In this document: positions 12,718 through 26,404 of the stretch, piece by piece
Layout: each line of letters begins with the position of its first letter
Position numbering within the stretch: the stretch's first letter is position 1
Assembly: GCA_030390025.1 (NCBI GenBank)
Contig: CM059432.1
Location: forward strand, 114,640,001 to 114,704,000
From: Squalus acanthias
Lineage: Eukaryota
Direction: 5' to 3'
DNA: 64,000 nucleotides
The notes under the pieces: generated by a model
Told to the model about the DNA's origin: nothing
What the model saw: only the letters and a program-made list of their open reading frames with translations
The model's database searches: none
Position numbers and translations under genes: made by a program

Positions 12718-14204
12718 CTGCAAAACACAAATCAACTACTGTAGCAGTTTGCTAAGCATTTAAGATACCAGCTTGATCTCTGTAATGATCAGTAACACAA
12801 ATACAGAGACATTACTCTTTTGACAATTCGGTTTTACATTACATTAGTTTTTTTTTTAAATTGGGTGGGGAGCAATGTTCCCTTTAATTTTTTTTCAGTG
12901 CGCGCTGCGCAGCCTATTCAAAATACTGCACATGCATGGCTTTCTGTGGTGAGCAGGCTGCATAGGAGCTGCAGAGGGCTGCGCGGCCGTGCAGCTTAAA
13001 GGGAACATTGGTGGGGTGGAAAACAGACTGCTGATTCTCTATCGCCTGTTCTGCGGTAGCGCTGAAGACCAATTTTACCCCAACTGTTTTGTCACTGATT
13101 TCAAACATTTTAGTTGTGTAATATTAGTCTACATATTTTGTCTCAAAGTGTACATCAGTGGATGTACCTTACTGACATTAATATCTTATCCAGTTACATT
13201 TTGTTGGTTTGAACTATACATTTCAAAGAACTGCAAGGTGTGCACTAATAGACAGCTTCAGTTATAATGATATGGATAAACAAGTAAAGAAGTGGTAATT
13301 AATAACTGAGCACAAGTCAAAAAATATTTTCAAAACTTTTTCGCATGTTTTACTTTTAGGTTTTTAGTTAGCATAATGGCAGCTTACATCAAGCTTATTT
13401 CAAAATCAAGGGTTTGTCATTGAATTCATTCAAGAAACTGGGGCAGGGAGCGGTTGTAGAGATTGTTTCAGCTACACTTCTAAAGGGGTGTAATTAATTT
13501 AAGTAGCACACCAGACGATAACAATCGATCAAATAGGGAAACAGGATGTGTATTACGGTTTTTATTTCACAATGAACCAGAGTTCATGACTCATGAATGT
13601 CAGGCAGGTCAATTGCAAATAAAAAAAACACTAACAAATAAGTTTCTATCTAATGTTCTGTTTTAGGGTGTCATTTCAATTGAATGCAATAGATGTGTTA
13701 TTCAGGATACGACTAAAGAAAGAAGGGTAGGATGTGACTTCACGGTGAAAGAGGTGGATTGTTGTCACTTTGGCGCAGCAGAGATAACTGTGTGGGAAAA
13801 TAATTTAATCAACATTCAGTTTATGTGGGAAAAGCAAAATGTGCAAACTCAGACTAAGATGAACATTGAACACTGAAGGGAGCTTACAGATCCCATTAGA
13901 ATAGGGGCATGTGAATTAACGCTGATTTGATGCCAGCGGTGCCATTTTGGAGCTCAATGCTCCAGCCAATGCCCTCTCTTAACCTCACACAGCTGAAGAC
14001 GCATTCAGCAGCAGGAAGGACCCACCACCAGCGCTATTTAAAGGAATCATCAACTACTTACAGGTTAGTTGCTGTGATTCTATAAGTGTTTGGTGCTTTC
14101 CATAGTTCTTTCAAGTTGCAAAAGTCTACAGGGAGTGGTGTGGCATGTGCTAAAGGACTTTTTGCTGACTTCAAGGCTTCTGCACAAACCACCTGCTGAC
14201 AGAC

Positions 14205-15355
14205 ATGGATGCACTAGTAGGCATTCCCCTTGGAATACAGCATGACTTGGAGAATGAACAGTGGCCACGCAGAGCAGGACAAGCTGCTGGAAGAGGGAGC
14301 AGGAGGACAGGGAGAAGGGCTCTCAGCAGGAGGCTATATCCACCCAGGGTGTTCAGGAAGAAATTCACGTACCTGAACCTCAGCAAGGAACAATGTGTGA
14401 GACGTCTAATCTTCAATAGGACGTCCTCACTGAAATCTGCCACCTGCTGCAGCCACAACTGCAACATCAGAGCAGGGCAAGGACAGCATTGCCAGTGGCT
14501 GTGAAGGTGAACATGGCCATGAACTTTTATGCGTCTGGCTCCTTCCAGGTTGGAGCCGGAGATATTTGCAACATCTCGCAGTTTGCCGTCCATTGTTGTG
14601 TAAGGGAGGTCACTGAGTCTCTCTATTCAAAGAGAGCTGACTACATTTCATTCTCTCTTGCCAGAGACCAGCAGGCAGAGCAAGCACGCGGTTTCGCTAG
14701 GATTGCAGGCTTCCCCATGGTGCAGGGTGTCATTGACTGCACGCACATCGCTTTGCGGGCGCAACATGTCAACTCTGCCATATACCGGAACCGAAAGGGA
14801 TTCCACTCTCTAAGTCCAGCTGCTATGTGACCAAAGGCAGCGAATTATGCAGGTCAGTGCCCAGTATCCTGGCAGCAGTTATGATGGCTTCATTTTGCAG
14901 CAGTCTGCAGCTGCATTTGAGCCATCACGCCAAACCAAAGGCTGGCTACTGGGCGACAAGGGCTATCTGCTGATGACATGACTCATGACTCCAGTGCGCA
15001 ATCCACACACATGTGCAGCATGCATACAATGAAAGCCATGCTTATATTAAATATGATAGAGCAGACCACTGACATGCTGAAACAAAGCTTCCGCTGCCTG
15101 GACCACTCTGGAGGAGCCCTGCAGTACTCGGCTGAGCGGGTGTCAAGATTCGTGGTGGTTTGCTGCATGCTGCACAACCTCGCCATCATGACGGCACAGC
15201 TCGTGCCACAAGTCATACGGTGACCAGCTGAGGAGCAGGAGCATGAGGTAGAGGAGGAGGAAGAGGAAGAGGAAGAGGAAGGGTGGAGGCAATCTAGACA
15301 GCCTCTATCTGCCCGGACTATCCGTGAAAATCTCATCTGAATGCGATACCAGTAA
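14205..15355 (+). pseudogene. Harbinger (HARBI1-family) DDE transposase, frameshifted
   Basis: LNFYASGSFQ-like, GFPMVQGVIDCTHI, NRKGFHS, WLLGDKGY, FRCLD..GGALQY, CCMLHN motifs and acidic tail, spread across frames. Confidence 0.9.
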
Positions 15356-17261
15356 CTGCAACCCCAAATTCCCCATTTACCAAAAGTCCTACACCTTACC
15401 TTCCCTCTGTCACTGACCATCACAGCATCCGCTTGGCCACAATACAAAAATAAAAGCCACCACAAAATAAATATTCCAAATCAAATTTATGAATGAAATC
15501 AAGCCATATTGCATACAAAAGTCAACTAATCAGCCTTGTGCATTCCCTTAGTTCCTGTCTTCCGTGTGCCTTTGCCTGTCCTAGTGCTCCTACGTGAGAA
15601 CATAAGAACATAAAGAAATAGGAGCAGGAGTAGGCCATTTGGCCTGTCGAGCCTGCTCCGCCATTCAATAAGATCATGGCTGATCTTCTACCTCATCTCC
15701 ACTTTCCTGCACTATCCCCATATCCCTTGGTTCCCTTAATATTCAAAAATCTATCAATCTCTGTCCTGAATATACTCAACGACTGAGCCTCAGCAGCCCT
15801 CTGGGGTAGAGAATTCCAAAGATTCACCACCCTCTGAGTGAATTAATTTCTCCTCATCTCAGACCTAAATGGCCGGCCCCTTATTCTGAGACTGTGACCC
15901 CTGGTTCTAGAATCCCCAGCCAGGGGAAACATCCTCCCTGCATCTACCCTGTCAAGCCCTGTAAGAATTTTGTATGTTTCAATGAGATCACCTCTCATTC
16001 TTCTAAACTCTAGAGAATATAGGCCTAGTCTGCTCGATCTCTCCTCATAGGACAATCCCCCCATCCCAGGAATCAGTCTGGAGAACCTTTGTTGCACTCC
16101 CTCTATAGCAAGTATATCCTTCCTTAGGTAAGGAGACCAAAACTGTACACAGTACTCCAGGTGTGGTCTCACCAGGGCCCTATATAATTGCAGTAAGACG
16201 TCTTTACTCTTATACTCAAATCCTCTTGTAATAAAGGCCAACATACCATTTGCTTTCCTAATTGCTTGCTGTACCAGCATGTTAACTTTCAGTGATTCAT
16301 GTACAAGGGCATCCAGGTCCCTCTGAACACCAACATTTCCCAATCTCTCACCATTTAAAAAATACTCTGCTTTCCTATTTTTCCTACCAAAGTGGATAAC
16401 TTCACATTTCTCCACATTATATTCCATTTGCCATGTTCTTGCCCACTCACTTAACCTGTTTATATCCCCTTGAAGCCTCCTTGCATCCTCCTTACAACTT
16501 ACATTCCCACCCAGCTTTGTATCATCAGCAAACTTAGATATATTACATTTGGTACCCCACTAGTTACAGCCTGCCAACCCGAAAATGGCTTGTTTATTCC
16601 TACTCTCTGTTTTCTGTCCATTAACCAATCCTCAATCCATGCTAGTATATTACCCCCAATCCCATGAGCCCTAATTTTGTTTAATAACCTCGTGTGGCAC
16701 CTTATCGAATGCCTTCTGAAAATCCAAATACTCCACATCCGCTGGTTCCTCCTTATCTATTCTGCTAGTTTCAACCTCAAAAAACTCTAACAGATTCGGC
16801 AAACACGATTTTCCTTTCATAAATTCGTGTTGACTCTGCCCAATCCTATTATTATTTTCCAAGTGCCCTGTTACCACGTCCTTAGTAATAGATTCTAGCA
16901 TTTTCCCTACTACTGATGTCAGGCTAACTGGTCTGTAGTTCCCCGTTTTCTCTCTCCCTCCCTTCTTAAATAGTGGGGTTACATTTGCTACCTTCCAATC
17001 CGCAGGAACCATTCTAGAATCTATGGAATTTTGGAAAATGACAACCAATGCATCCACTATCTCTATAGCCAACTCTTTCAAAACCCGAGGATGTAGGACA
17101 TCAGGTCCAGGGGATTTATCGGCTTTCATTCCCATTAATTTCTCCAGTACTACTTTTTTGCTAATACTAATATCTTTCAGTTACTCATTCTCGCTCGACC
17201 CTTGGTTCTCCACTATTTCCGGGAAGTTTTTTGCGTCTTCTTCCGTGAAGACAGACACAAA

Positions 17262-18692
17262 GGGGCGATTTTCCCAGCCCCGAGGAGGCGGGTTTGGAGG
17301 CGGGACAGTTGGCAAAATGGCAAAAACTGAGGGCGGGTTCGGAACCCGCCTCCAACCCGCCTCCGCGCAATTTTGCCGGAGGCGGGTTTGATGGGTGCGA
17401 TTCGGTCCTGTCTCCACCAGTCGGGAGAGGTAGTTAAGACCCTTAAATAGTAGTTAAGGGCTTCTATAATCCTATTTTGACAGACCTTCGTTATTTTACC
17501 ACATTTTCAGCATGTTGCACGACCCTCCTAAACCACGCCAGCTAATCCTGGCGGGTTGACAAGTGAGTGGCCTCCTCACAGCTGCAGCTCCACCATTAAA
17601 ACTGAGCTTTCATCAGGGAGCAGTTGCAGGTGGCAGAACTTTTGTTCCAAGGTCTTTCAGCACTTTTAGCAGGCCTACCGAAGTCAGAAGTGCTGCAGCT
17701 TCTATCTCTCAACTGTGGGACCCCCTTGGAAAACCCCCTCCCCGCTTGGACTGAGCGCTTCCCCAACGGAGGTATCTGCCAGTAGCATGGGAACCATTTA
17801 TTTCCTTTCACCATGGACCTCAGATTCGGATGAGGAGCAGCCACGGCAGCAGCAGAACCAGGCAGCTCAGCAGCAACAGCAGCAAGAGCCCCAACCTCCT
17901 GCTCACCCACCTGATGCTGCACAGGACAGAAGACGCCAGCACATGGAAGCACGTCGTGCAAGGAATGCACTCATCTTGGCCAGATTTGCATAGGTTGCCC
18001 ATTGTGGCACATGTGCTTGGCTCCTTCTTAACACATGATAGACAATGGACATGACTCTCTGGCCTCCTTTCACTCTGACCACGCAAGTGTCACAGAGCCC
18101 GCAATGTGGAGCTGCCTAAGCCGAAATAACAGATGCCATCACGCCAACAGTTTGCCATCACCTAATTTTAATACATTCCCACAGGGATGGCATTTCATCA
18201 ATAAACAAAAACAGTCACCCAATCTGCACACAGATCTGGAGGTTATATCCCTTGCCAGCTGGACCCACACAGCTTTGGTTTCTTTGGGAGGCCTCTTCCT
18301 CCCAGATGAGGGGAAAAGCACCTCCCTGCTAGCTCTCGCCCCCTCAACCAGCATACCCAGCGCCTCATCCGAGAACCTGAGGGAGGCCCTTGCCTTGGAG
18401 CTGGCCATTCTTCAAGGAGATAACAGCTTGGAGGTGGTGCAGCATCTACCAAAAACCAGTGGAATGAGCCAAGGCAGCAAGCAGCCCATAAATGAAGCTG
18501 GATAAGTGACGTCAGCAGAGGCGAGTTTCAGTCCCAAAACACTAATTGGCCCAGGGGAACCCACACCTCTGAAATCAACTGGCCAATTAGGGGAAAATCG
18601 CAAATTTTTCCCACCTCTCATTGGAGGCAGGTTTGGAACCCACCCAAACCGAAACCCGCTTCCAACCCGCTTCCATTGGGAAAATCGCGCCC
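17262..18692 (+). mobile_element. Internally deleted Harbinger element inserted in CR1 copy A
   Basis: TIRs ggggcgattttccca / tgggaaaatcgcgccc, AAA duplication; retains the 5' part of the transposase (MGTIY, Q-rich) and of the Myb gene (RASLRFSDEALGMLVEGAR). Confidence 0.88.
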
Positions 18693-18766
18693 AAAAGTAT
18701 TTGTTTAATTTCTCTGCCATTTCCTTATTCCCCGTTATAATTTCTCCTGTCTCAGCCTGTAACGGA

Positions 18767-20953
18767 CATAAGAACATAAGAAATAGGAGCAGGAATAGGC
18801 CACTTGGCCCCTCGAGCCTGCTCCACCATTCAATAAGATCATGGCTGATCGTGGGCTCAAAAGCCACTTCCCTGCCCGCTCCCCATAACCCTTCACTCCC
18901 TTATCTTGCAAAAATCTGTCTATCTCCACCTTAAATGTATTTAATGACCCAACCTCCACAGCTCTCTGGGGCAGAGAATTCCAGATTTACGACCCTCTGA
19001 GAGAAGAAATTTCTCCTCATCTCAGTTCTAAAAGGGTGACCCTTTATTCTGAAACTATGCCCCCGAGTTCTCGATTTCCCCACGAGGGGAAACATCCTCT
19101 CTGCATCTACCTTGTCGAGCCCCCTCAGTATCTTATATGTTTCAATAAGATCACCCCTCATTCTTCTAAATTCCAATGAGTATAGGCCCAACCTGCTCAA
19201 CCTCTCTTCATAAGTCAACCCCCTCATCTCTGGAATTAACCTAGTGAATCGTCTCTGAAATGCCTCCAATGCAAGTATATCCTTCCTTAAATAAGGAGAC
19301 CAAAACTGTACGCAGTACTCAAGGTGTGGTCTCTTCAATACCCTGTACAGTTGTAGCAGGACTTCCCTGCTTTTATACTCCAACCCCCTTGCAATAAAGG
19401 CCAACATTCCATTTGCCTTTTTGATTACTTGCTGTACCTGCATGCTAACTTTTTGTGTTTCATGCACAAGGACCCCCCAGGTCCCTCTGAACTGTAGCAT
19501 TTTGTAATCTCTCTCAATTTAAATAATAATTTGCTTTCTTATTTTTCCTGCCAAAGTGGATAACCTCGCAGTTTCCCACATTATACTCCATCTGCCAAAT
19601 GTTTGCCCACTCACTTAGCCTGTCTATATCCCTTTGCAGATTCTTTGAGTCCTCTGCACAACTTGCTTTCCCACCCATCTTTGTATCATCCGCAAACTTG
19701 GCTGCATTACACTCGGTCCCTTCATCCAAGTCATCAATGTAGATTGTAAATAGTTGAGGCCCTAGCACCGAACCCTATGGCACCCCACCAGTTACCGTTT
19801 GCCAACCGGAAAATTACCCATTTATCCCGACTCTCTGTTTTCTGTTAGTTAGCCAATTCTCTATCCATGCTAATATATTACTCCCAACTCCGTGAGCTCT
19901 TATCTTATGCAGTAACCTTTTATGTGGCACCTTATCGAATGCCTTCTGGAAATCCAAATACACCACATCCACTGGCTCACCTTTGTCCACCCTGCTCGTT
20001 ACATCGTCAAAGAACTCCAGCAAATTTGTTAAACATGATTTCCCTTTCATAAAACCATGCTGACTCTGCTTGACTGCATTATGATTTTCCCAATGCCCTG
20101 CTACTGCTTCCTTAATGAAGAACTCCAGCATTTTTCCCAATGACAGATGTTAGGCTAACTGGTCTATAGTTTCCTGCTTTCTGTCTCCCTCCTTTCTTAA
20201 ATAGGGGTGTTACATTTGCGGTTTTCCAATCCGCTGGGACCTCTCCAGAGTCCAGGGAATTTTGGTATATTGCAACCAATGCATCCACTATCTATGCAGC
20301 CACTTCTTTTAAGACCCTGGGATGCAGGCCATCTGGTCCAGGGGACTTGTCGTCTTTTAGTGCCATTATTTTACCAAGTACTTTTTCCTTAATGATAGTG
20401 ATTGTCTTTAGTTCCCCCCTCCCTGTGGCCCCTTGATTATCCATTATTGGGCTGTTGTTAGTGTCTTCTACCGTGAAGACAGATACAAAATATTTGTTCA
20501 GAGTCTCTGCCATTTCCCCGTTCCCCAATTTTAATTCCCCATTCTCATCCTCTAAGGGACCAATGTTTACTTTAGCTGCTCTCTTCCTTTTTATATACCT
20601 GTAGAAGCTCTTACTATCTGTTTTAATATTTCTTGCCAGCTTACTCTCATAATTCATCTTCTCTCTCTTTATTTTTTTTAATCATCCTTTGCTGGTTTTT
20701 AAAACATTTTCAATCCTCTGGCCTCCCACCTATCTTGGCAACATTGTATGCCTTCGTTTTCAATTTGATACCATCCTTTACTTCCTTAGTTAGCCACGGA
20801 TGGTGCTCCCTTCTCTTAAAATCTTTCTTTCTCACTGGAATATATTTTTGTTGAGAGTTATGAAATATCTCCTTAAATGTCCGCCACTGCATTTCAACTG
20901 TCTTACCCTTTAATTTATTTTTCCAGTCCACTTTGGCCAGTTCTGCCCTCATG
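18767..20953 (-). mobile_element. CR1 LINE copy B nested in copy A
   Basis: Own 3' tail at 18767; RT motifs YLDFQKAFDKVPH, KFADDTK, RPHLEYCVQFWSP. Confidence 0.92.
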
Positions 20954-23943
20954 CCCACATTTACTTTCGCTAACCTTTTCCTTTTTACATACCTATAGAA
21001 GCTTTTACAGTCTGTTTTTATGTCTCTTGCTAGTTTACTCTCATATTCTATTTTCCCTTTCTTTATCAATTTCTTGGTCCTCCTTTGCTGAATTCTAAAA
21101 TCCTCCCAATCCTCAGGCTTACTACTCTTTTTGGCAGCATTATAAGCCTCTATGTACTGTCACCCCAGTGGCTGCAGCATGGCTGATGGAAGGTTGCTAA
21201 CTTTTAGTGGAGGAGACCGCAGATGGCCTTGGAGGACAACCTCAAGCAGCTCTGGGCCGAGAAGGCTAGGCTTCAGACTGCACCATCGCGACGTGGAAGA
21301 CAGCAGTCCTGGGCTGGCTGGCTCACAGGCAACAGCAAGGACACTGGCAGAGTGACAGGGGTGCGAGCACAAATGCTGTCATCCTGAGAAAGGGCGGCAG
21401 GTTTATGCTCTATGGAGCCAGTGCCTCTCTCCCGGGGCAGTGCCTCAGCAATCCTAGTAATCTGTTGGAGGAAAGAATGCTGGACTGCTGTGAAACCCTG
21501 TCCAAGTTGGCGCTGGACTCCTCCATGCTTCTTTACATTGCATGCAGGCTTTCTGGCAGGCTTCCCAATACACCAAGCATTTTGTTGTGCATACCCATCA
21601 AGGTTCTTCTGTAGGCTGCCCCAACAAAGTTCTCATCTGAGTCCTCTGCAGTAGAACCTGTCTGCGACCTCGTCCTCCGGCAAGCTGGCACCTGCGCTAC
21701 TCTTGCCCCCTGCCGCGGCTGCAGACCACGCGTGCCTGATGTCTCACCCCTGTAGATCCCGCCTCTAATCTATCCTCTAAGATATGTGCAGTGTCAGTAT
21801 CTGAGCTTGGTGGCTGCGACTGTGAAATCAAGTAACGGTGCTAAGTCTTCATCATCACTCTCTTCTTGGTGTTCCTCCACTGCCTGGCCAGGTTGCAATT
21901 TGTGAGTATTTGAAAGGAGAAAGGCACATGGGTGAGGTTGTGGTGCGGGGAGTGGGGGTAAAGTAAGAGGTGCATGCTTACACCATCTGCAGCTTGTAAA
22001 TCTAAAGAGATTGTGGGATGAGGGGGGAGGTGGGATGTGAGAAGGAGGATTAGGTATTAGGATACCGTCATCTTCGATGGTTTCAGCCCCACCGCTGGCC
22101 ACTGCCTCAGCAATGGCCATCCCAATAATGGCCAGCACTGTCTCCTCCATGGAGGTTAGGACATGCAGACGCACCTGTCCCCCTCCGGTTAGCTCCTGCT
22201 GCCTCCAGTTGTGCGCCACCTTGTCCTGCAAGAGAGAGGGAAGTGTGTCAGTGAGTGTGGTGCAATCTGTTTGGCTGACGTGGCTGTCATGGTTGAATAG
22301 CTGACAGTGTGTGCAAGCTGTGAGATGTAGGTTCAGGCTCGTAGCAGTGCTAAATGTGTGAGGGTGAGGTAAAGCATATGAAGGTTAGGTGTGAGACCTG
22401 ATTGGTAGAGATTGTTGGTAGGTGAGTGATGGGTGTGGTGACTTGAGCAGTGGCTGAGGCTAGTGGTGCAGTTGGTAGGATATGGCATTTGAAGATGCAT
22501 TCACTGACCTTGACCACTCGTGCGAGGTAATTGAACTTCTTGTGGCACTACATCCAGGTCCTCGGAGCTTGACTCCTGGCATTGACCGCCATGGCTATCT
22601 TCTCCCACTGCCTTTTGACGGTGTGTCTGGAGGGCCACCTTGCCCCCTGCGGATACAGGACATTTCTCCTCCTTTCCACCTCCTCCACCAAGATCTCCAG
22701 TGCAGCATCCAAAAACCTTGGAGCCCGCGCTCTCCCTTGTTGCACCATTCCTCACTCTTTCTCAGGTCAGAATCTCTTCAACCACAACTCCCAGCACCTG
22801 CTTCAGCCACAATGCACCTCCCCATTAAGAGGTGCAGGTTAGCTTTAAGTAGTGCAGGCTAGCTTTAAGCCCCTTGCTGATGCATCCAGCCAATGAACAG
22901 CACGGTTCGTGCTGGCTGCACGCAGAGATCATTCAAATGAGCAGGCAGCACGAAGTTGGCGTGCTGCCTACATTGCAATCAATGGGCGTGGGTTAATCAC
23001 GCATCACAATCCCCGCGCCCGTTTTTGGGAGGCTATCCAATTTAGCCCCCTAGGTCTCTGTTTCACTAGTCCAAACACAAACTTAACAGAAATGTATAGC
23101 CTGTAAGGCTTTGTAAGGTAGTAAAAAGAGAAAAAACAGTATGGAGAGATGGCTCAGCATTTGCAATTTAAATTATCATAACTGGCACACATCAATAAAA
23201 ACAAAAATGTATCAGCTTACAATTCTCCCCATGTATTGTACATCATGAAATGAATGGAAACTCACATGTCTACAACTCTGAGGTATGCAAATATCTGTCT
23301 GCAAATCTTCCTCTTTCCTCTAATATCAAGTGAGATTACTAATAGCTGCATCCATAAGCAGCTCGAATGAGAATTGCATGGTAGGTACCAACAAAACAAA
23401 CCAGGGGCCTTTCCACAGCCTAATGGATAAATTAACAGCTTTAATTCAACAAACGATAGTTAAGTTTGCATTTGGACTTCTACACATAAGGGACAGAAAG
23501 TTACTGCATTATCTGAGAGCGCTCCACAAGTGGGAGAAGCAGTATAAAGTGCAGTTTGCCAGTGATATTCCATGCTAATTTTTGGATCAATCTAGAATGG
23601 TGTGTCCCTGGTATAAATGTGGAGGTGTGATTTAAGCACCATATGGGTTGCTCATGAAGACATGCTCCTGCAGAGGACTAGCAGCTCAGTTAGAGCTTTC
23701 CATTGCTGATTTATTTTTTTTCTTTTCATTTTGGATGTTAATAGGTCGCACATCTCTGCTTGGTTTTTGCGCTTAACCAACCTCATGAAGGAAAACCCCC
23801 TCAAGTTAGTTGCCTACATCAGAATGCATGTGAAGCAATAAGTTTTATATTTTATCATCTTAATCTCACCCTTTCACATCTGTACCGATATAGCAGCAGA
23901 TGTTTCCTTCCCTCCAGTTATCTAGATCCATGCTTAACCCTAC

Positions 23944-24100
23944 CTTTGAGGAGGTGGAACACTGGGGGACCGGGAACGGGTCCTGCCCATACTGTCCCCA
24001 CGAAGTGGTGAGCCTGACTGTGAACAATGGTTTGATGACATTACTTGCTCTGGAACTGATAATGTTGAACTCTGAATATCTCTCCCATTGTGCCTATAAT
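23944..24100 (-). CDS. RIMS2: RIMS2 coding exon, 157 bp, phase 1 to 2
   Basis: DYRHNGRDIQSSTLSVPEQVMSSNHCSQSGSPLRGDSMGRTRSRSPSVPPPQ, close to mammalian RIMS2; tattcag acceptor, gtaggg donor. Confidence 0.95.
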
Positions 24101-24166
24101 CTGAATATAAAGAAAAGAGCAGTTTAGAATATTATACATTTTTCTCATACAATATTAAAATGCAGA

Positions 24167-24298
24167 GGGGTAGAAATTTGTTTTGGGCGATAGTCAATCG
24201 TCAACCCGTTTCACACTCGGCCGATTTTCTTTTCCACTGACGTCACAGAGCCTTGCTATTGCCCATTTGTGCCACCGCCCTTCTCGAATTTCTACCCC
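24167..24298. mobile_element. 132-bp Harbinger-type MITE
   Basis: TIRs ggggtagaaatt / aatttctacccc, TSD AGA. Confidence 0.85.
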
Positions 24299-24848
24299 AG
24301 ATTTTCTTTTTGAGACGTTCCCATCAATTCTTTCCACATTTTTACAAGATAGCCATTAACCTTAAATACGCATCACATCACTGTGCTTTCAAAGAATATT
24401 TTCTGCGACATGGGCCTTGGCCCTACACCTATATTTATCAATTTTAAAAAGGGAAAATGATGGACATTATGGATATGGAGTATAAATTTCTTTGGAGAGT
24501 GAGTGAGAGAAAATATGGGAAATACATTACAGGTGTAACCCCCCCCAGGACACACACACACACACACAATTGCTAATTATCAAATTATATTGAGGAAATA
24601 GCAAGGGCCATTAGCCTCCTGAGTCTAAATCTTAATATACCAGCAGTTCTGCACGAGTTGACTTCTACTAGGCTTTGAAGAAATTATACATTCAAAGTAT
24701 TTATATTTGGAAAGTCAATCCTCTTTGCCTCAGAACTGCTTGTTTGGTTCTGGCTTTGGGCTCAACAGACATCAGTGAAACCAATTAAGTATCTTTACTT
24801 TTGATTGAAGTATTGCAGAATTTGAAAATATCTGTGTGATGGTGCCGT

Positions 24849-24866
24849 GGGGGGGGGGGGGGGGGG
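24849..24866. repeat. poly-G run
   Basis: Direct read. Confidence 0.9.
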
Positions 24867-24914
24867 TAATGGGGATGGGAGAGGAGGGAAAGTGTGCTTG
24901 TTTAGCTTTCATAC

Positions 24915-24986
24915 CTGAAGAAACGACCCCAATTCCATCATCACAGTCATAGTCAGAGACTTCACTGTCACTGATGCGTTGAGATC
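24915..24986 (-). CDS. RIMS2: RIMS2 coding exon, 72 bp, phase 1-1
   Basis: (R)SQRISDSEVSDYDCDDGIGVVSS, in frame with the previous exon; actttag acceptor, gtatga donor. Confidence 0.95.
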
Positions 24987-26404
24987 CTAAAGTTTAAAAA
25001 AAATTACATTTTGCAAAGAACAGATGCTTTTTCACAGAGGGTCTTGTGATGATTAATTTTTTGTCTCATACACACTAAGAAGTAAAACTAGGTTTACTGA
25101 AAACAGGGATTTAATTCTAGGGGTTAAAAAGCAGGTTTATTTGCTAGTATGTGACTGTTTCAGAAGTATTTACCAAACTGAATCGAAAATAAAGCTGAAA
25201 GAATCAGATTCTCGTGTACTATGCAGCAGTATGCTCAAACTAACCAGATATATTGAAAATCCTCCTGCCCAAGTTATAAAGAGCTCCCAATTCAGAAAGG
25301 GTATTGCAGTTCCTAATTTTGTTTTAAGTGCATTTTTTCCCCCCAAATTGTGATATTTTCAAGTTATGGAGATCCAAATATTTGCAGGCTTGGAAAGAAA
25401 AGAGGTTGACTTGTTCACCACAAATCTGGAGGAATTTCATTGCAAATTAAGTTGCTTTCATAGTGATCTTTTAATTCAGTTTCCGATAGGCTGATATTCT
25501 GACAGTGGACTTGTAGACTCAATTTTATCTGGGTCTATAAGCCTCCTGTGGTCTAACAAAATTCCAGGAGGTGGTTCAAAAATGCCGAGTTCCCAGAATC
25601 TGAAGTAAATAAAAATCAGCAATATAGTTTGTTCAAATTTCCCTGTGGGCTAATTTCATAATTTGTGCTTCTTCCCAAATCACTCATTTTTGTTTAACAG
25701 AAAAAAAATCTAATAATTGTGAGAATAGTAAGAGAGGGCATTAGGGAAATTGGTACAAAGTCCGAAGATATTGTACTTGGATAAGATAAGAATAAATAAA
25801 GGCCATTTTGTCCATCCAGTTCACCTTGCTGCTTAGATTTAGATGTACAAGACTCATTTACACCATTTTTATCTTCCCTGGCCTTGGTGCCAAATCGATA
25901 CCTCTCCATTCCTTGCTGAATGAATAATCTGCACATTCCTTTTTTTGAACACTTCAATCAGCCCTACATTCACTGTGCTGGGTAATAATCAATCATTTCT
26001 ACAACTTAAGTGTGAAGCAGTTTTTCATAGTGAAAATATATATGTTAAAAATTAGTTTATGCATACAACACATTGACATGCATAAGGTATAAAGAAATGC
26101 ATACATCTATATAGTAAGCTATATACACCCTGTATTAGAAATTGACATTAACCATATAGTGGGATTAATTATCCTGACATTAAAAGGCTAGGAATGGAAT
26201 AATTAGAACACTAAGAAGAGTTCTGTGAGAGAACTATCCCATTTTTATATGGGTTCTGTATGGGACATGCTGGTTCCTGTGTTGCTGTTTGTGAACAGCA
26301 GCCTGCTGGAGTTGAAGAGTAGAAATGTGGGAATTGATAAGTATTCTGGGGTTTGTTTGATTACCTTTGGAGATCAGGGATTATTTATGCAGAACTTTCC
26401 CTCA

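Larger units (their letters stand above)
15598..21150 (-). mobile_element. CR1 LINE copy A (5'-truncated), split by a Harbinger derivative and by CR1 copy B
   Basis: ORF2 segments 15598-17261, 18693-18766 and 20954-21150 join colinearly; (ttcttatg)n 3' tail at 15598. Confidence 0.9.
15530..22748 (-). pseudogene. Harbinger Myb/SANT-like gene (3 exons), last exon split by CR1 insertions
   Basis: RAPRFLDAALEILVEEVERRRNVLYP...WEKIA; exon 2 DKVAHNWRQQELTGGG; basic C-terminus (SRRSTRTGKG) reappears at about 15530-15597, across the CR1 block. Confidence 0.8.
13890..23050 (+). mobile_element. PIF/Harbinger DNA transposon, decayed, left end not found, interrupted by a CR1 block
   Basis: Transposase on +, intron-containing Myb/SANT gene on -, right TIR aatttagccccc ending at 23050. 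Confidence 0.85.

Noticed and set aside
17715..17993. Poly-Q protein gene
   Set aside because: Low-complexity N-terminal stub of a Harbinger transposase.
23870..23943. Alternative downstream donor (AGG|gtgaga) extending the RIMS2 exon
   Set aside because: Extension hits TAG immediately in frame and I have no other support.
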